The notes under the pieces are model-generated. The model saw only the letters and a list, made by a program, of their open reading frames with translations, was not told the origin of the DNA and ran no database searches. From NCBI RefSeq assembly GCF_009914755.1, contig NC_060934.1: 64,000 nucleotides of DNA; one strand, 5' to 3'. The position numbers were made by a program, and so were the translations under genes. Origin of the DNA: the human T2T-CHM13v2.0 reference genome, Homo sapiens. Shown here in pieces: positions 1 through 15,075 of this stretch (positions are counted from its first letter, which is position 1; the number at the start of each line of letters is the position of its first letter).

Positions 1-628
1 AGAATATGTGTTTATGGATGACAACATTATCCTTCTCTCATATAATTTCAAAGCAGATTATATGATAGTAATTGTTTATGAACAGAAGTATTTGTATTAA
101 CAGAATTAAGTTAGCAATTCTTTGAAAATCAGTCTTTGAAAATATTTTATCAAATGATAATTCATTTTGCTTATAAAGAGCAGGCAAGAAGCTTCTCAAC
201 TCTGTAGCTCAGTGGACACTATCATAAACACATACAAAGCTTCACAAACACGGGAAATAAAAATATATTATTCCAATTTATCTTCACAACAATGAGAAAT
301 TCTTAATCTACTGACTGTACAGAGTGTATTCTAAAGGCAATAAAATCCTGTTCATTCATATAAGATTTCTTATGTATCTAGTATGTAAGAGGTACCATGC
401 GAATTGCTGTTTTACAGGGGTAATCAACCTCCTTCCATTCTACAAAGATAAACCAGCATTAAATAAATAATTACAAAATTAATGATTAAATTACAATTGA
501 GATGATTCTTGCAAATAAAGGATGACAGGAGAGTTGTGTCCTTACATGGAAAAAGAGTGTGAATTAAAAGCTGTACATAATATACTATAACTGAACATAC
601 TCTAATTTACATATTATTACGTTTTCAA

Positions 629-934
629 TTTTTTTTTTTTTTTTTTTCCCTGAGACGGAGTCTCGCTCTGTCGCCCAGGCTGGAGTGCAGTGGCACCATC
701 TCTGCTCACTGCAAGCTCCGCCTCCCGGGTTCACGCCATTCTCCGCCTCAGTCTCCGAGTAGCTGGGACTACAAGAGCCCGCCACTGTGGCCGGCTAAAT
801 TTTTTTTTGTATTTTTAGTAGGGACGGGGTTTCACCGTGTTAGCCAGGATGGTCTCAATCTCCTGACCTCAGGATCCACCCACCTCAGCCTCCCAAAGTG
901 CTGGGATTACAGGCGTGAGCCACCGCGCCCGGCT
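629..934 (-). mobile_element. AluY
   Basis: Full Alu with Y-type diagnostics; TSD tac(g/a)ttttcaatttt. Confidence 0.95.
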
Positions 935-1189
935 ACTACATTTTCAATTTTTTAAGGAAGTCTCTCCCATTGTGTAGAACTGACTTCTCTTTTAACTTTG
1001 CAAAGCCACATGCAAATGGACACACAAATATGGAAGAAAAGAGATTTAGTCATAATAAGGAAATTTAAATATGACTTCATTTTCAAAATCAAAAATTCAA
1101 GAAAACAGAGCATTCAACCAACCTGGACCTACTCTAGATTCCAACAAAGCTATCAAATAACATTATTAGTTTTTAAAAAATTCGTTATT

Positions 1190-1493
1190 GGCCAGGCACA
1201 GTGACTCATGCCTGTAATCCCAGTACTTTGGGAGGCTGAGGCGGACAGATCACCTGAGGTCAGGAGCTCAAGACCAGCCTGGCCAACGTGGCAAAACCCT
1301 GAAAACTACTAAAAATACAAAAATCAGCCAAGTGTGGTGGAGGGTGCCTGTGGTCCCGGCTACTTCAGAGGCTGAGGCAGGAGAATCGCTTGAACCCAGG
1401 AGTCAGAGGTTGCAGTGAGGCGAGATCACGTCACTGCACTCCAGCCTGGGCGACACAGCGAGACTCTGTCTCAAAAAAAGAAAAGGAAAAAAA
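1190..1493 (+). mobile_element. AluS (Sx-like)
   Basis: Full dimeric Alu with A tail. Confidence 0.93.
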
Positions 1494-1501
1494 GGCATTT
1501 A

Positions 1502-1666
1502 ACACAAAATTAGCTGGGTGTGGTGGCGTGTGCCTGTAGTCCCAGCTATTCAGGAGGCTGAGGTGGGAGAATCATCACTTGAGCCCAGGAAGAATTTCAG
1601 TGAGCCAAGACTACACTACTGCACTCCAGCCTGGGTGACAGAGCAAGACCCTGTTCCCAAACCAAA
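1502..1666 (+). mobile_element. Alu right monomer (FRAM or truncated AluJ)
   Basis: Right arm only, flanked by aaa(g)gcattta repeats. Confidence 0.85.
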
Positions 1667-2097
1667 GCATTTAGCTCTGTGTGTATAGCCTTGGAATAAA
1701 TGTTAATTCAACGTAACATCACATTTAAGATAAAAGGTTCATAAGTGCACATACACATAAAACACATAAAGACAAACATATTGCCAAAGAATTCACAAAA
1801 GCACTTGGGTATATAAACACAGACGTCCCTCTAACATTCAGAGAGATTTTTGTAGAGATTCCCCCAGTATGAAATCTGTAATCACCATAACACATTAATT
1901 ACAACAGTGATGGAAGACTGCCAACAGTGTCCCTGAAAGAATAGTACCTTAGGCCAAACTCATCTTTGGTACTTACTATTCTCCACTCTTCCCCCCTTTC
2001 TGAAACCTTTTACTACTTCTGCCCTTTCGGTATACTATGCATTATCTCTCCTCTGACCATCACAAAATGGTACATGTCTCAAAATAAAACTATATGA

Positions 2098-2408
<311 letters not shown>

Positions 2409-2599
2409 CCATATGAAACTCCAATAAATATATAAAAGCTACACTGCTTCATAATAAATTTTTGGAAGGTGCAAAAGGAGCATTCAAAGTTAAAATCTGT
2501 GATTTTTCCATAATCATTTTGGGAGAAAAGACTGTTTTAGAATGATATGATGCAAGAGAAAATGTAAACAGTGAGTCCATGAAAAAGTTATCTTGTCTA

Positions 2600-3545
2600 A
2601 CAAGGAAATAGCACCTCACTAGGATGGCTACTACCAACGAAACAGAAAATAATAAGGGCTAGGAGGATATGGAGAAACTGGAATCCTTGAGCAATGTAAG
2701 CCGGTGCAACCACTATGGAAAACAGTATGGCAGTTCCTTGCAAAATTAAAAAAAAGAATTACAGTATGATCCAGCAATTCCACTTCTTGGTACAGACCCA
2801 GAAGAATTGAAAGCAGGGTTCCAAAGATGTATTTGTACACCCATGGTTCACAGCAGCATAATTCGCAACAGCCAAAAGGTGGAAGCACGAGGTCAGGAGA
2901 CTGAGACCATCCTGGCTAACACAGTGAAACCCCGTGTCTACTAAAAATACAAAAAATTAGCTGGGCGTGGTGGCGGGCACCTGTACTCCCAGCTACTCGG
3001 GAGGCTGAGGAACGGGAATGGCGCGAACCCGGGATGCGGAGCTTTCAGTGAGCCGTGATCAAGGACACTGCACTCCAGCCTGGGAAACAGAGTGAGACTC
3101 CATCTCAAAAATAAATAAATTAAATTAAATTGAATAAAAATTTAAAAAGGTGGAAGCAACCCAAGTGTCCACTGACAGAAGAATGGATAAACAAAATATG
3201 GTCTATATATACAAGGGAATATTATTCAGCCTTAAAAAGGAAGGTGATTCTGACCCATGCTACAATATGGATGGACCTTAAATACATTGTGCTGAGTTAA
3301 ACCAGTTACAAAAATACAAATACTGAATGATTCCACTTACATGAGGTACCTAGAGGTCAGAGGCCGGGAAGAGGAAGAAACAGAGCATTAGTGTTTAATG
3401 GGTACAGAGCCTCCAGTTTTTCAAAATGAAAAGAGGTGAAGAGATTAAGGTTGCACAACAATATTAATGTACTTAACACTACTGAACTACACACTTAAAA
3501 AATGGCTAAGATGGTAAATGGTCTGTGTACTTTACCATAATTTTT
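2600..3545 (+). mobile_element. L1M (L1MB-like) 3' end, interrupted by an Alu
   Basis: ORF2-end/3'UTR motifs (ccactatggaaaacagtatgg, gatccagcaattccacttct, ggaatattattcagccttaaaaagg). Confidence 0.88.
2886..3144 (+). mobile_element. 5'-truncated AluY
   Basis: Starts at cacgaggtcaggag; TSD aaaaggtggaagca at 2874-2887 and 3145-3158. Confidence 0.93.
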
Positions 3546-3757
3546 TAAGTTATCCTGTCTAGAAATCAAATAATACAACAGATAGCAACTATATGATGTC
3601 ATTTTGAGCCTACTAGGCTAGTGATGGTGAAACTGATATCCTTGTACACAATTACCAGAGCAAATGTAAATGGGTGCAATCTTTTCCAGAAAGGCAAAAT
3701 AATTAGGCATAAAAAGCTCAACATTATAAATCTAGTCTATGGAATTCCAGTTTAATG

Positions 3758-3854
3758 AAAAAACTGAGCCATCTTAAATGACCAAAAAAACTGAGCCATC
3801 TTAAATGACCAAAAAAAAACTGAGCCATCTTAAATGACCAAAAAAAAAAAAAAA
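3758..3854 (+). repeat. Tandem repeat: 3 x CTGAGCCATCTTAAATGACC separated by A tracts
   Basis: Identical 20-mers at 3764, 3791, 3820; A6, A7, A9, A15 tracts. Confidence 0.97.
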
Positions 3855-4289
3855 GGAAATGGTTAAGTAAGTTATGATGAGTCATTACCTTTAAGGAACA
3901 TAATTGTGAATTCTAACCATGAAAACAATTACTGAAATCTGTTTTAAATACAATTAATCTTAGAAATCCAAACATAAAATTGCATATACACTATTAATGT
4001 GATTATATAAAAATATATAGTATCTAAACAATTCTAGAAGATCATAGGCAGAAATGTAAATGGCTTCTTTAACATAGTGAGGTTACCAGTAATATTTTTC
4101 CCCCATTTTCAAAATATATTTATTTTAATGTTGTGGTTAACAACAAGAAAAGGGGGTTGTGGAAAATGAAGAAAATCGATTAGTTTAAATGAAATTAGAT
4201 AAAAGTATAAATAGAGGCAAGAGGGGAGTACTTGCCTAAACTAAACTTAAAATCTTCTCTAACCCACCTATTCTCCCAATACCAAGCTT

Positions 4290-4645
4290 TCCCTAATTTC
4301 TTAATGTCAGTCTCGATCTCTCAATGCTGGGTCTTCACATACGTTGTTCCTTCTGTTTAGAACACTCTCCTCTTCCTCTTCACTAGGTCTCAGCTGGAAG
4401 GTTTCCTTAAAGTGGTCCTCCCAACCTCCCTGTGAGGACAGATTCCCTTGCTCCTGCAGGAGCAAGGACTCCCTGGATGTCCCTTTTGGTACTAAGACCG
4501 TACTACTGGCTCAATGTCTGGCTTTCCCACCAGTTCCATGATCTACAAGGCCAAGGGTCATGTCTGTCTTGTTCTTGGCTGTATCATCTAAGACCACCAC
4601 AGAAACAGTACATATGTAGGGGCTCATTAAGTATCTGTTTATACT
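4290..4645 (+). mobile_element. L2 3' fragment
   Basis: Degenerate L2 3'-end motifs. Confidence 0.55.
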
Positions 4646-5534
4646 AAAATTAAAACAATTATTATTTATTCAAAATTACAATTCTCTCCCTTAAAACTTG
4701 TTTTAAAATCGAAGATTCAAACACCATGACCCCTAAAATATTTTAAGAAATTAATTTATAGTATCATGTGTCTCAAAGTTGTCTAACTTTGAATTTGAAT
4801 TTCCTATCCTTTGCAATATTCCAAGTTAATCTTCTAGCTTTCACTATACCTTGCAATTATTAAACTTTTAACAGTCATACTATAAGATGATAAGTATCCT
4901 GACATTTCATATTAAAATCTAATATGACCCATAAATCTCTACAGCCTAATCAGAATCAGAGTCTTAAAATGTCCATTTATTCTATTTTTGGCTAAAGAAA
5001 ATGTATCAGGACAAAGAGGCACCAGGTTATGAGAACAGCTAATCTTTAGTGAAGCAATCTCAATTTATGTACAAATAGCTATAGCTGTTTTATTATTATA
5101 AAATAATTCGATTCAATACTGCTATACTTTATACCTTCATAGCATTTGTTCAGTAGCATCTTGAGATTTTTATCAAGATAATTCAGAACAGGAATTCTAC
5201 TAAAAGGGATCTCTCGATAAAAGCCAAAAGCCGTCTCATTTCAACGCCATCTCATATTCTAGAAAATATTTCATTGTCAATTTTTTCTCAAGACTTTGTA
5301 ATAAAAGTAAAATAGAAACTAGTAAAGCAGAACAATAAATCCTGTACTTATGCAAGAGATTTGAATCCTATTTCAATTCAAGTAGAAATGGGGAATTTTC
5401 TACTAAACAGCTAAACGTGAAGGAAATCTAGAGATCACCAGGCAGTCTTCCTTTCTCTTGAAGGCAGGCTTCCTGACAGAATGTCCCCTAACCAGTCACA
5501 CCTGTTAGGTCAGATCCCATTACAGGAACCCTCC

Positions 5535-5915
5535 ATCATCCATCATCTGAGGAATAGTCTATAAAACAGCTGGTCTGTTGTCTTCAAAAACATCAATATC
5601 ACAAAAGGTAAAGAAAATCTGAGGAACTATTCCAGATTGGAGGAGAGTAAAGAGACTGGATGACAAAAGGCAATGTGTGAATAACACTCAGCTGAATCCT
5701 GTACTGGAGGAGCAAAATGCTGTAAAGCACATCATTGGGGAAACTATCAACACTGGAATAAGGATCATATATTAGATAAGTCTAATCTGTCTATGTGATT
5801 ATTTTACCGTGGTTATGCAAAAGAATGGCGTTGTTTTTCGGAACCATACACTGAGGTACATATGGGAAAAGGAGCATGATACATGCAACCTACTCTCAAA
5901 TTGTTCAAAAATAAA
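5535..5915 (+). mobile_element. L1MC-type 3'UTR fragment
   Basis: gaggaactattccagattgga...gcaatgtgtga...tgcaacctactctcaaa motifs. Confidence 0.7.
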
Positions 5916-8900
5916 TCAGTGATATTTTAAAAATAGATTTTCAGAAATAATATTTTAAAATAAATAATTGATCCCACTGAAAAAATAAAGTTGGACTGGT
6001 TGGCAAGGAGTAGATGTAAGAATTTCATCTGCTGAGAAGAGACACACACTAATGAAAGAAAAAAAATAATGAAGGAAAACTTTGTAGATCTAGACATTGT
6101 TATATTCCATCAGAATGCAGCCAGCACTGAGCTAGAAAAGCTTATCTTTTCAGTTAGAATAAAATTTCTAGTGTCTAACAACTTTTATATCACATTGTCA
6201 GGGAAAAGAGTAATAACTCCATTTTTATAATACAAATCAAACATTTTTAAGTAGCTTTTATTTTTAAGCACAGAGATACTGCTAAGGAATCATGTGAGAA
6301 CCAAATTCCTTTTAACAGTCAGTTTGGATATCCAGATAGTAGAAGTAGAGTTTTTCTCCTGTTCTGTGCAAAGTCCCCCATATATAGATGTATACAATAT
6401 ACCAAAAGTACAAAGTTTCCATACAAGGTCTCACTAACACTGATTATTTTAAAAACCACAATGGCCCTATTGCCCCCATGTATGGAAACCCGGATAAGAT
6501 AATGGCAATGGAGAAGCGCCTTTCCTTATCCAGAAGAGAGACTCTAACAGCAGTAAAGGTTTCCCCTTAGCAGTAAGGCAACCTGCTTTATATAGCTTCT
6601 AGGTCACATCTGTCAGCAGAAACGTTTTTTATAATAAAGCATGCCAACAAAATACATCCTACTAGTCACATTATAGTGGTCTGAATTAACCACTTAGCAT
6701 GTAAATTTCTGTTATATTAGTTAAAACAACAAATTTAAGCAGGTTTGAAAATTAAATTCAATATCTGCTGTACCATAATTGTCAAAAGTAAACAGTTTGC
6801 AATGCTCTTCCAACACTGGTAATAGCTGGTTCCTCCTCCCCTAATCCAGAACACTTCACACATGACCTACATCTACATATCATAGAAAGACAATAATATA
6901 AAATTGTTACCAAAGGAAAATACAAAGACCAACTATTATAATTTACATAAAAACTTAATACATATATACATGTTAGCTTTTACAAATTTCTCTCAAGTTA
7001 TAATCAAGCAAATATATTCTCCCTTACCTTGCAAGTACTAGAACATAACTAGGTTCACCAGTGAAGAGATCAAACACAGTGCTTTACTGTAGTGTTCAAA
7101 CCTTTACTAAGGCATCCTATAAATTCCATTTCTATTCCACTCTTCTAACATCTAAAACAGGCAACTGTATTTTTAAAAAGACATTGTGACGCCAAATGCC
7201 CCACAATATAAATGTTAATGAATATCTATTAGTGTCTGACTATAATCTTTTTATATTTTATTGTTTAAAGCTTAACACCTGAATGCTACCAATGTGTGAG
7301 AACAAAATCAAACCGGTGCCGCTCCAGGGTACCAAGGCAATGCCAGGGGAAGTCAGTTTCTAAATTCAGAGGGAAAAGACAGCACTCTACTACCAACTGC
7401 CTGCACAACGGCCATTATCTCTGAACATGAATAAGAATAACCCATAGGAGAAGTTTTCATTTTCACCTGACCTCCTAACTTCTGGGCCACATTCATGATA
7501 CAAACATACAGTGCATTTCAGTTTTAAAAAAGAATTAATTTATGGCTCAGTGCTTAAAAGTAGGAGTGGGAGACTGGGATAAGGGAAGACATTTTCACTC
7601 TATGTCCGACCTTTCTAACCCGTAGCTTTAAAGAGAAGCTGAAAAGAATTACTTTCACAGTCACCCTGCCTATCTCCAAAAAAAAGTCACACCAAAATAC
7701 TATTTTAGATCAATTCTGAGGAAGAAAGACAGAGGCTTGAAAATTTCTAATATCAATTTCACACTACAGGAAATGAGATTTCTGTACAATGGCACCCATC
7801 ACATACACTGATAGCCACAAATTCCCTTAGTAGAAGACATCTATTTGTGTTCAATGCAAAAAAATGAAAATATATAGCTGTCCAGATACTATTGTAAAAA
7901 CTGGATGTTACTTATGTGGAATTTTATTCAGACCATGTAACAAATCTCAGTTACTAAGCGGTGCTTTCCACTACATCTTTTCACAAATAAAAAATACTAA
8001 AAATCATACACATAATATTTTCATATAGAAATCCAGTTTTGGAGAAGTTAATGTAAAAGAGATACAGATTTTTTTCCAACCAGTACATCAACTCTAATAA
8101 CACAGATTCAAGAAGAAAACTGTAAAAATCAAACTCTATTTTCTAAAACTAATGAAAGAGATAACAAGACGAATATTTAAGAGGATTAATTTGAAACATA
8201 ATTCCCCTCTGAACTCTGGCTGCCAGGAGAACAAGCAGAAGGACGCGGAGAACACGCACCTGCATTTGGAATCATGGTACTTTGGAAAATCAGACTCTGA
8301 GCAACACAGTAGGCCCCCAAACCCTGAAAACTGTGTTTCCTGTAATGTAGCATATTTCATAACTAATACAGGAATTCCTTGTTTTACCCAATAGATGTAC
8401 TCCTATAAGACAAAATTAGAAATGAAAATTTTCTCACTGACTTAACAGTAAATTTTAAGAGTTAGAAGGCGTCCAGATGATCTATCTGGTGCCTACATTT
8501 ACGAATGAGTAAAGGATGTGTGGGGAGGGGGTTAAAGAAGTCAAGCCACTTGCCATACATAACGTGGCTACCAGCAGCAAAGCCAGGGTTCCACCTCAAG
8601 TCTCTGGGACTCTGGGAACATAAAGAGGCCAGCCACTGGAAAACTTACTGCTTTCAGAATGGAATTCGAAATAGTTCTCTTAAGAATGGAGAGTCTCTTG
8701 AAACTATTATAAAGAAGTCATTTGGAGCACCACTGGTTTGTGTTGTACTAAAAAAATTTCATTAAAGTTGATTTACATATAAAATTTATCTATATTATGC
8801 AATACGTTGTAGATCTAAAAGAAAACGTTTAATAACAGGTCTATAAAAACTAGATAAATATAGCTTTTGAAGAATAAAAATATAATAGTAGGTATATAAT

Positions 8901-9262
8901 TTGAAATTTTAAGATTTAACTAGTAAAAATAATTCAGAAGCTTTACTAAGCTTATACTACTATAGTAATTTACATTTATGCAAAAAATTAAATCACCAAA
9001 TAAAAGGAAAACAGACTTTCACAGAAAATGTTTTGTTTAAACATTTCAATTTCTTTTCTAGATAGAGGTGTGTGTGAGAGAGGGAAAGGGAGAGGGAGAA
9101 TCAAATGGACAAAATGTAAATATTTGATAAATCTCACCAAAAGGTATATGGAAATTTGGGGTACTATTTTTACAACTTTTCTTGTTGTAAGTTTGAAAAA
9201 ATATCAAAAGAAAATATATAAGAAAAGAATGTAAACCACCTCCCAAAAAATTTTTAACTTAA

Positions 9263-9617
<355 letters not shown>

Positions 9618-9749
9618 CAGAATTACTCACTTTTCTACAGCAAGTGGTCAAAAGAAGATAAATTAGCTAAAAGCACAGTATATTCCACTTTAAATAGTGT
9701 TAATAACAACGAAGTACACTAAACTAAGAAAGTAATCACACAAATTTTC

Positions 9750-9915
9750 TGAGAAGCAATTTCTGCTGGCATTCTTCACCACTGACTACAGCTAAAGGCT
9801 GCCACAGGTCTGACAGTGGCCCCTGCCCACTAGATGCCATCAGGTCCCCCAGTAACTGTCAGCCACAAAGTCTCCATACATTTCCAAATTCCTCTCCTCC
9901 ATTAAGAATCACTGA
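9750..9915 (-). mobile_element. MER20-like hAT DNA transposon remnant
   Basis: cccactagatgcca...gtctccatacatttccaaat...ttaagaatcactg. Confidence 0.6.
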
Positions 9916-11859
9916 TTATATATTCATTTTAAGAATAACATTTAGAACTTTATATTCCCAAATCTAAATTTATCAAACATAAATGAGTCTTAATATAACA
10001 AAAGGATACCTGTTATACTTTGTAAGGGGATTTAAGATTCCATTAAATAACAGACATGCTGGCATTTCAAAGACAATTCAACTTAAATTTTCTTTTAACT
10101 TCTACCCAACTTCTGAAGCATGCAGCTATTCCACAAAACAGTTTATCTATCTAGATAGGCTACTGTCCTAGAGAGTTTTAGCCAGTACTTATGGGAAGTC
10201 TTCTGTTACTTGGAGCACAACTTTTTTACTTAGTAAGACTCTGAAGAATCCTTCTACTACCACTGAGAGATTTAGTAATCTATTCATTTATTTATAACAT
10301 TATCTGCTCTAACAAATATTAAAACAAATTGTTCTTCACTTCAGCATGAACACTTAGTCCCCTGCTCCAGTGAATGAAGGTCTTTACTCCTATACTATTA
10401 GAAAACCACAAATACACTACACCCCAAATTACTCACTGCCATTATTCTTCCTCAGGTGAATGAGAAACATTTCATATCGAAAAATGACCTCAAAAAACTC
10501 ATTTCATTATTTAGAACAAAGGGCAGAATCAAACACTCCAGTGTCATAGATTCACTCCTGGATTACCCAGCCAGAAGAGAAAAACTCTTAGGAAATCTAT
10601 CACGTAATTAGTTGCAGAGCAAAACTTTCCTGAAGAAACTGAAATAAAATACAGAACATTAAAATTTTAAAACAGAGCAAATAAGCTAGTAAGTGTTTTT
10701 TTGTTTTTTAGTTTTTGTTTTTACTTAAAGCTTTGGAAAAAGAAATTAAGTAATACTGTAATTACTTTTGTGTTTTGGTGTTTTCACTTAGTTTTTTTTA
10801 AAATATATTCTACCAAAATAATCACTATTTTGTGCCTTGTGTACAAACTTCTCTTGTGACCATTTATATTATGGATCTGAGAGCTCCTTTTAAATCATAG
10901 CCACAGTTTGAGTATAACAACTTAATTTAATCCTTGGTTCCATCTGAGAAAAACAAAATGGGCAAGTGTGATAAATGTTAATATGCAAATACAGAAAAAC
11001 AACAATTTATGTACTAAAAATCAAAAGGCTTTTTGTGGATTGTAATAAAGTACAATCCACAATGAAATGCACATCATACTAACAGCATCATACAGTACGT
11101 TTTCCACAAAATAGATACTCAGCCTCAGAACGTGATAGCCTATATATCCACCAGAATAAAAGCGGAAAAACATTATAAAGCTTCTAGATGGGGCATTCCA
11201 ACTACTGTGCCAAGAGGGTGCCATGGCAGTGAGCCACGCCTAGCTGCCTGGGCTGAGACGTTAGAGCCAGGTGCCTCTAAGCTCTAAACAGCTTCTTCAG
11301 TTTATCCCACGTGATGTACAGCTATGACCATGTTCTAGCGTTTGATAACATGGAAAGGGCTGGGAAACACTGCAAAGATAAATCTAACCAGATATACAAA
11401 TATCCAATCTTTCTTTTAATCTCCAGAAAAATACTGGGGGGGAAAAAAGCTAAGCCATCATTCCCACCCAAATCTAAGTTTGGAAATTCTATCTAAACTT
11501 CAGTGACATATATTGCTATTTTTTAGCCTGTACCACATATCCATAATTTTTTTTTCTCAAAAACAAGAACTCTGACACACTTGATCACGACCATTTGGAA
11601 GACTTACAACCCCCTAGAAACTGCAGCACAAGACAGATCGCTCTAATACTCCCTAACCTTTGGTACAGTAGTCTACTAAGGAACAATTTCTTTCGCTAGA
11701 GAAAATCATCAAATGGACAAGAAAAAGAAATGTAACTCAGTCTGATTCAGAGGGAGCTTGGAAAGAACTGAAAACTGAAAACAAGGCAAGAAAGGGTGAA
11801 TACTGCCTGTGTAACCAATCTTTTTAACCGACATCTAACAAAATATCTGTTTGTCAGGG

Positions 11860-12480
11860 TAATTTTTTCTAGAATGAAATCTCATTAAGTTGCTTCTCTA
11901 ACTGAAATCCTTTAATAGCTCCTTAAGCCCTATAGGATCAAGTCCAAACTTCCTAGAATGTAAATGACCTGGACCCCAATTTCGTCTCCTCCACCTTTAC
12001 AATCCCCCTTCCTATCTCTAGAGTCCAGAATGTTCAATTCACTAGCAACACCTATGTGGAGTCAGAACATCACACCTTTCTCACATTGCTCCGCCAGCCT
12101 GGAATGCTTTGTCTCGGGCCACACTCTACACATACACTCTTCTCACGGCAACAGCTCCCATTTCACCTAAAAATAATAATAATAAAACACAGAATAGCTC
12201 CTGCATACTAAGGACATTACTTACAAACACCCAAGGTAGTGCAATATTTATTTAACACCTATTTAGTGCCAGGAACAGTGTTTGGCTCTAGGAATGAAAT
12301 CATCTTTTCTCCTCAAGGAGCACACAGATTAGAGAAACATACAAGCAAATAAGCAGATGATTTGAATACAGCTTGATGGGTCCCAGAAGGAGGCAGGCAG
12401 AGTGCTATGGAGAAGCAGCGCACAGGGCTCACCTCCCAACTGGAGTGCTGTGTGGGTGACAGGCAGTGGCTCTAGGAACT
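11860..12480. mobile_element. L2 fragments (both orientations)
   Basis: aggatcaagtccaaacttcctag; tatttaacacctatttagtgccaggaacagtg. Confidence 0.55.
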
Positions 12481-13784
12481 AGCAGACTACTCAGAAGCTG
12501 ATTTTTTTAAAAGAATCTGAAGTGGGAAGTAAGGCGTTAAGTCCCCGATGGCATTGTTCTTTCTCTGTAGCTTCCCCTTCTTCACACAAACACACAGAAA
12601 TAACAGGTGAAAGAGAAGCACAAGTCACTAAAATGGCACAGCTATGCCCCAAACATCTCTGTAGATCAGACATCTAACAGGAACATAAAGGGTGAGGCAC
12701 ACTGAAGGCACAAGGTCAGCTGGACTCTGGGCCCAGGGCAGGACAGAGCAGCAGGAAGTTTTGTCCTATGGGGAAAACTGTAAATAAAAGTTTTCCCTAG
12801 GAATCAGGGTCAAGAGCCAGGCTCTGTGCCTAAAGCCAGAGACTGGGGTGGCACTTTTCCTTAATTATGAAACTAGATTGAAAATGCTTCTACTAACTGT
12901 GCTGAGGCTACAGCTTATAAGAGGTTGCTGACCTAATGCCAGCTGACTCAGTGACTGAATCTGTGATGTTCTCAACGTCACCATGGGGCCAGGGCTCTGA
13001 CCCACTAACACAGACCTGATTCTGATCTGGGAACTCCAAAGCCAGGCAGAGACAAATATGAATCTGCTAGACCAGCATGAAAAAAACAAAAATCACAAAA
13101 AGAAAGAGAGAGACATAAGAGCAAAAAAACTTCCATCAGAATGTGCCTGCAAATTACAGAACATGATGAAAATATCAACAATCAAAACATAAATTCCCTG
13201 AAGACAAAATTTTAAAATTATCAAATGATCTGAAAAAGACTTTAAAATAAGCATGTAAAAGATCCACAAAGAGATAAAATAACAGAACCAATTGTTTTAA
13301 GTGGACATGAAAAAGAATTAGTGGATTAGTGGATATAAAGAACCAGTTAAAAATCTTGCAAATGAAATATAAATATTACAATTTAAAGGTGAAAAATGTT
13401 ATGTGGTTCAAACACTATTAGTTGCTTGGCAAGCCATTCCTCCCCTCTGCCTTCATCCTCGCAAGACTTTGATCTTTGTTTTGTAGGGTAAGCAGTATAC
13501 AAGACACCATCAAACACCGAAATTCAAACATGAAAGGCACAGGCTACCTGCCGTCAAAAAAACTTACATCTGCAACACTGATCCTAACAGAACCCAAAAA
13601 TTGCAAAGTAGAAGAAAATTTATTTCACTTTCCAAAAATGTAAGCGTTTTTAAGTTAAAATGCTTGCCATTTCTTTTAATTTTTGTGAACTAATTACCAT
13701 CTTCACTAGAGTTAGCACTTTACATTAGATAAACTTTCTCACAAAATGTCATGATTGGAGCTGAAATAACAAAAGCTCTTTCTT

Positions 13785-14112
<328 letters not shown>

Positions 14113-15075
14113 CTAGCCACTAACTTTGTTTCTTCAAAGTACACTACCGAAAAAGTATACCACTGAAAAGTCAAAAATCAAAGACCGTTCCTTACAATAT
14201 TATTCTTAGTAGAAGCACTCCAATATTTTACAACAGCAGCGTCATTTTCACTTATCTACTGCCTAATTATTTGAACTGATGATGAGAAAAGCTGCCCTAT
14301 TTCATATTAAGGTAAATATAATCAATACAAATACTATGTGAAAAACATTTAAACTCTAATATCATCTTCCAATAAGAAAATGCTCATTGCATCCCAAAGA
14401 TTCCATAATCAGGAAATCTATACTTCAAATCTCCATATAATCCCAGTTAGGGTAAAATCTCAATTCTTTTCCCACCCTCTAAAAAGAAACAGTTAACACA
14501 AAAAAGTAAAATCCAGTTCTCTTGTTCACAAGCAGAAGTATATAGGAATAGAGAGAAAATATTACATATACTATCCCCTTACAACTAAGAAGATAAAATT
14601 ATCAAATGTGGTTAAGCCCAGGATAGCCTTGGTTCTTTGTTCTATCAGAGACATTGATAGATTGTTAGGGGTTTTTTTTCCCTTAAATACAATATAACCC
14701 ATGTTACTCAATGATTAAATTTCACACAATAAAATCTCTACTAATTATGGTCAACTGCAATGTTCCCTATTCATATTTCTGAAGAACCGTTTTCCAATGG
14801 CAAGTCAATAGAAAATTTTAGATCACAGAACTAAATCAGCCAAAGAGCTAATGACCAGATTTCCTCATCACATGAAACTTTTTAGAATAAATCAAACATC
14901 AGAAAGTATCTCCTTGTCTTAACACAGACAAGCGCAGAGTGCTGGGTGGAACCACATTCAAACTCTGAATAAGTGACATAATTCCAATTTATTCAGTAAC
15001 ATGTTTTTCTTCTCCTAAGCACAATACAGCAAACGCTCCTGAGATGGCTGGAAGGAAAGGAAGCAGCGTACTTAC

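Noticed and set aside
3758-3854. Repeat-spacer appearance reminiscent of CRISPR
   Set aside because: Spacers are only poly(A), the context is eukaryotic, and there are no cas genes.
4773-4792. 8-bp hairpin TCAAAGTT-gtct-AACTTTGA
   Set aside because: Isolated, AT-rich and of chance-expected length, with no associated structure.
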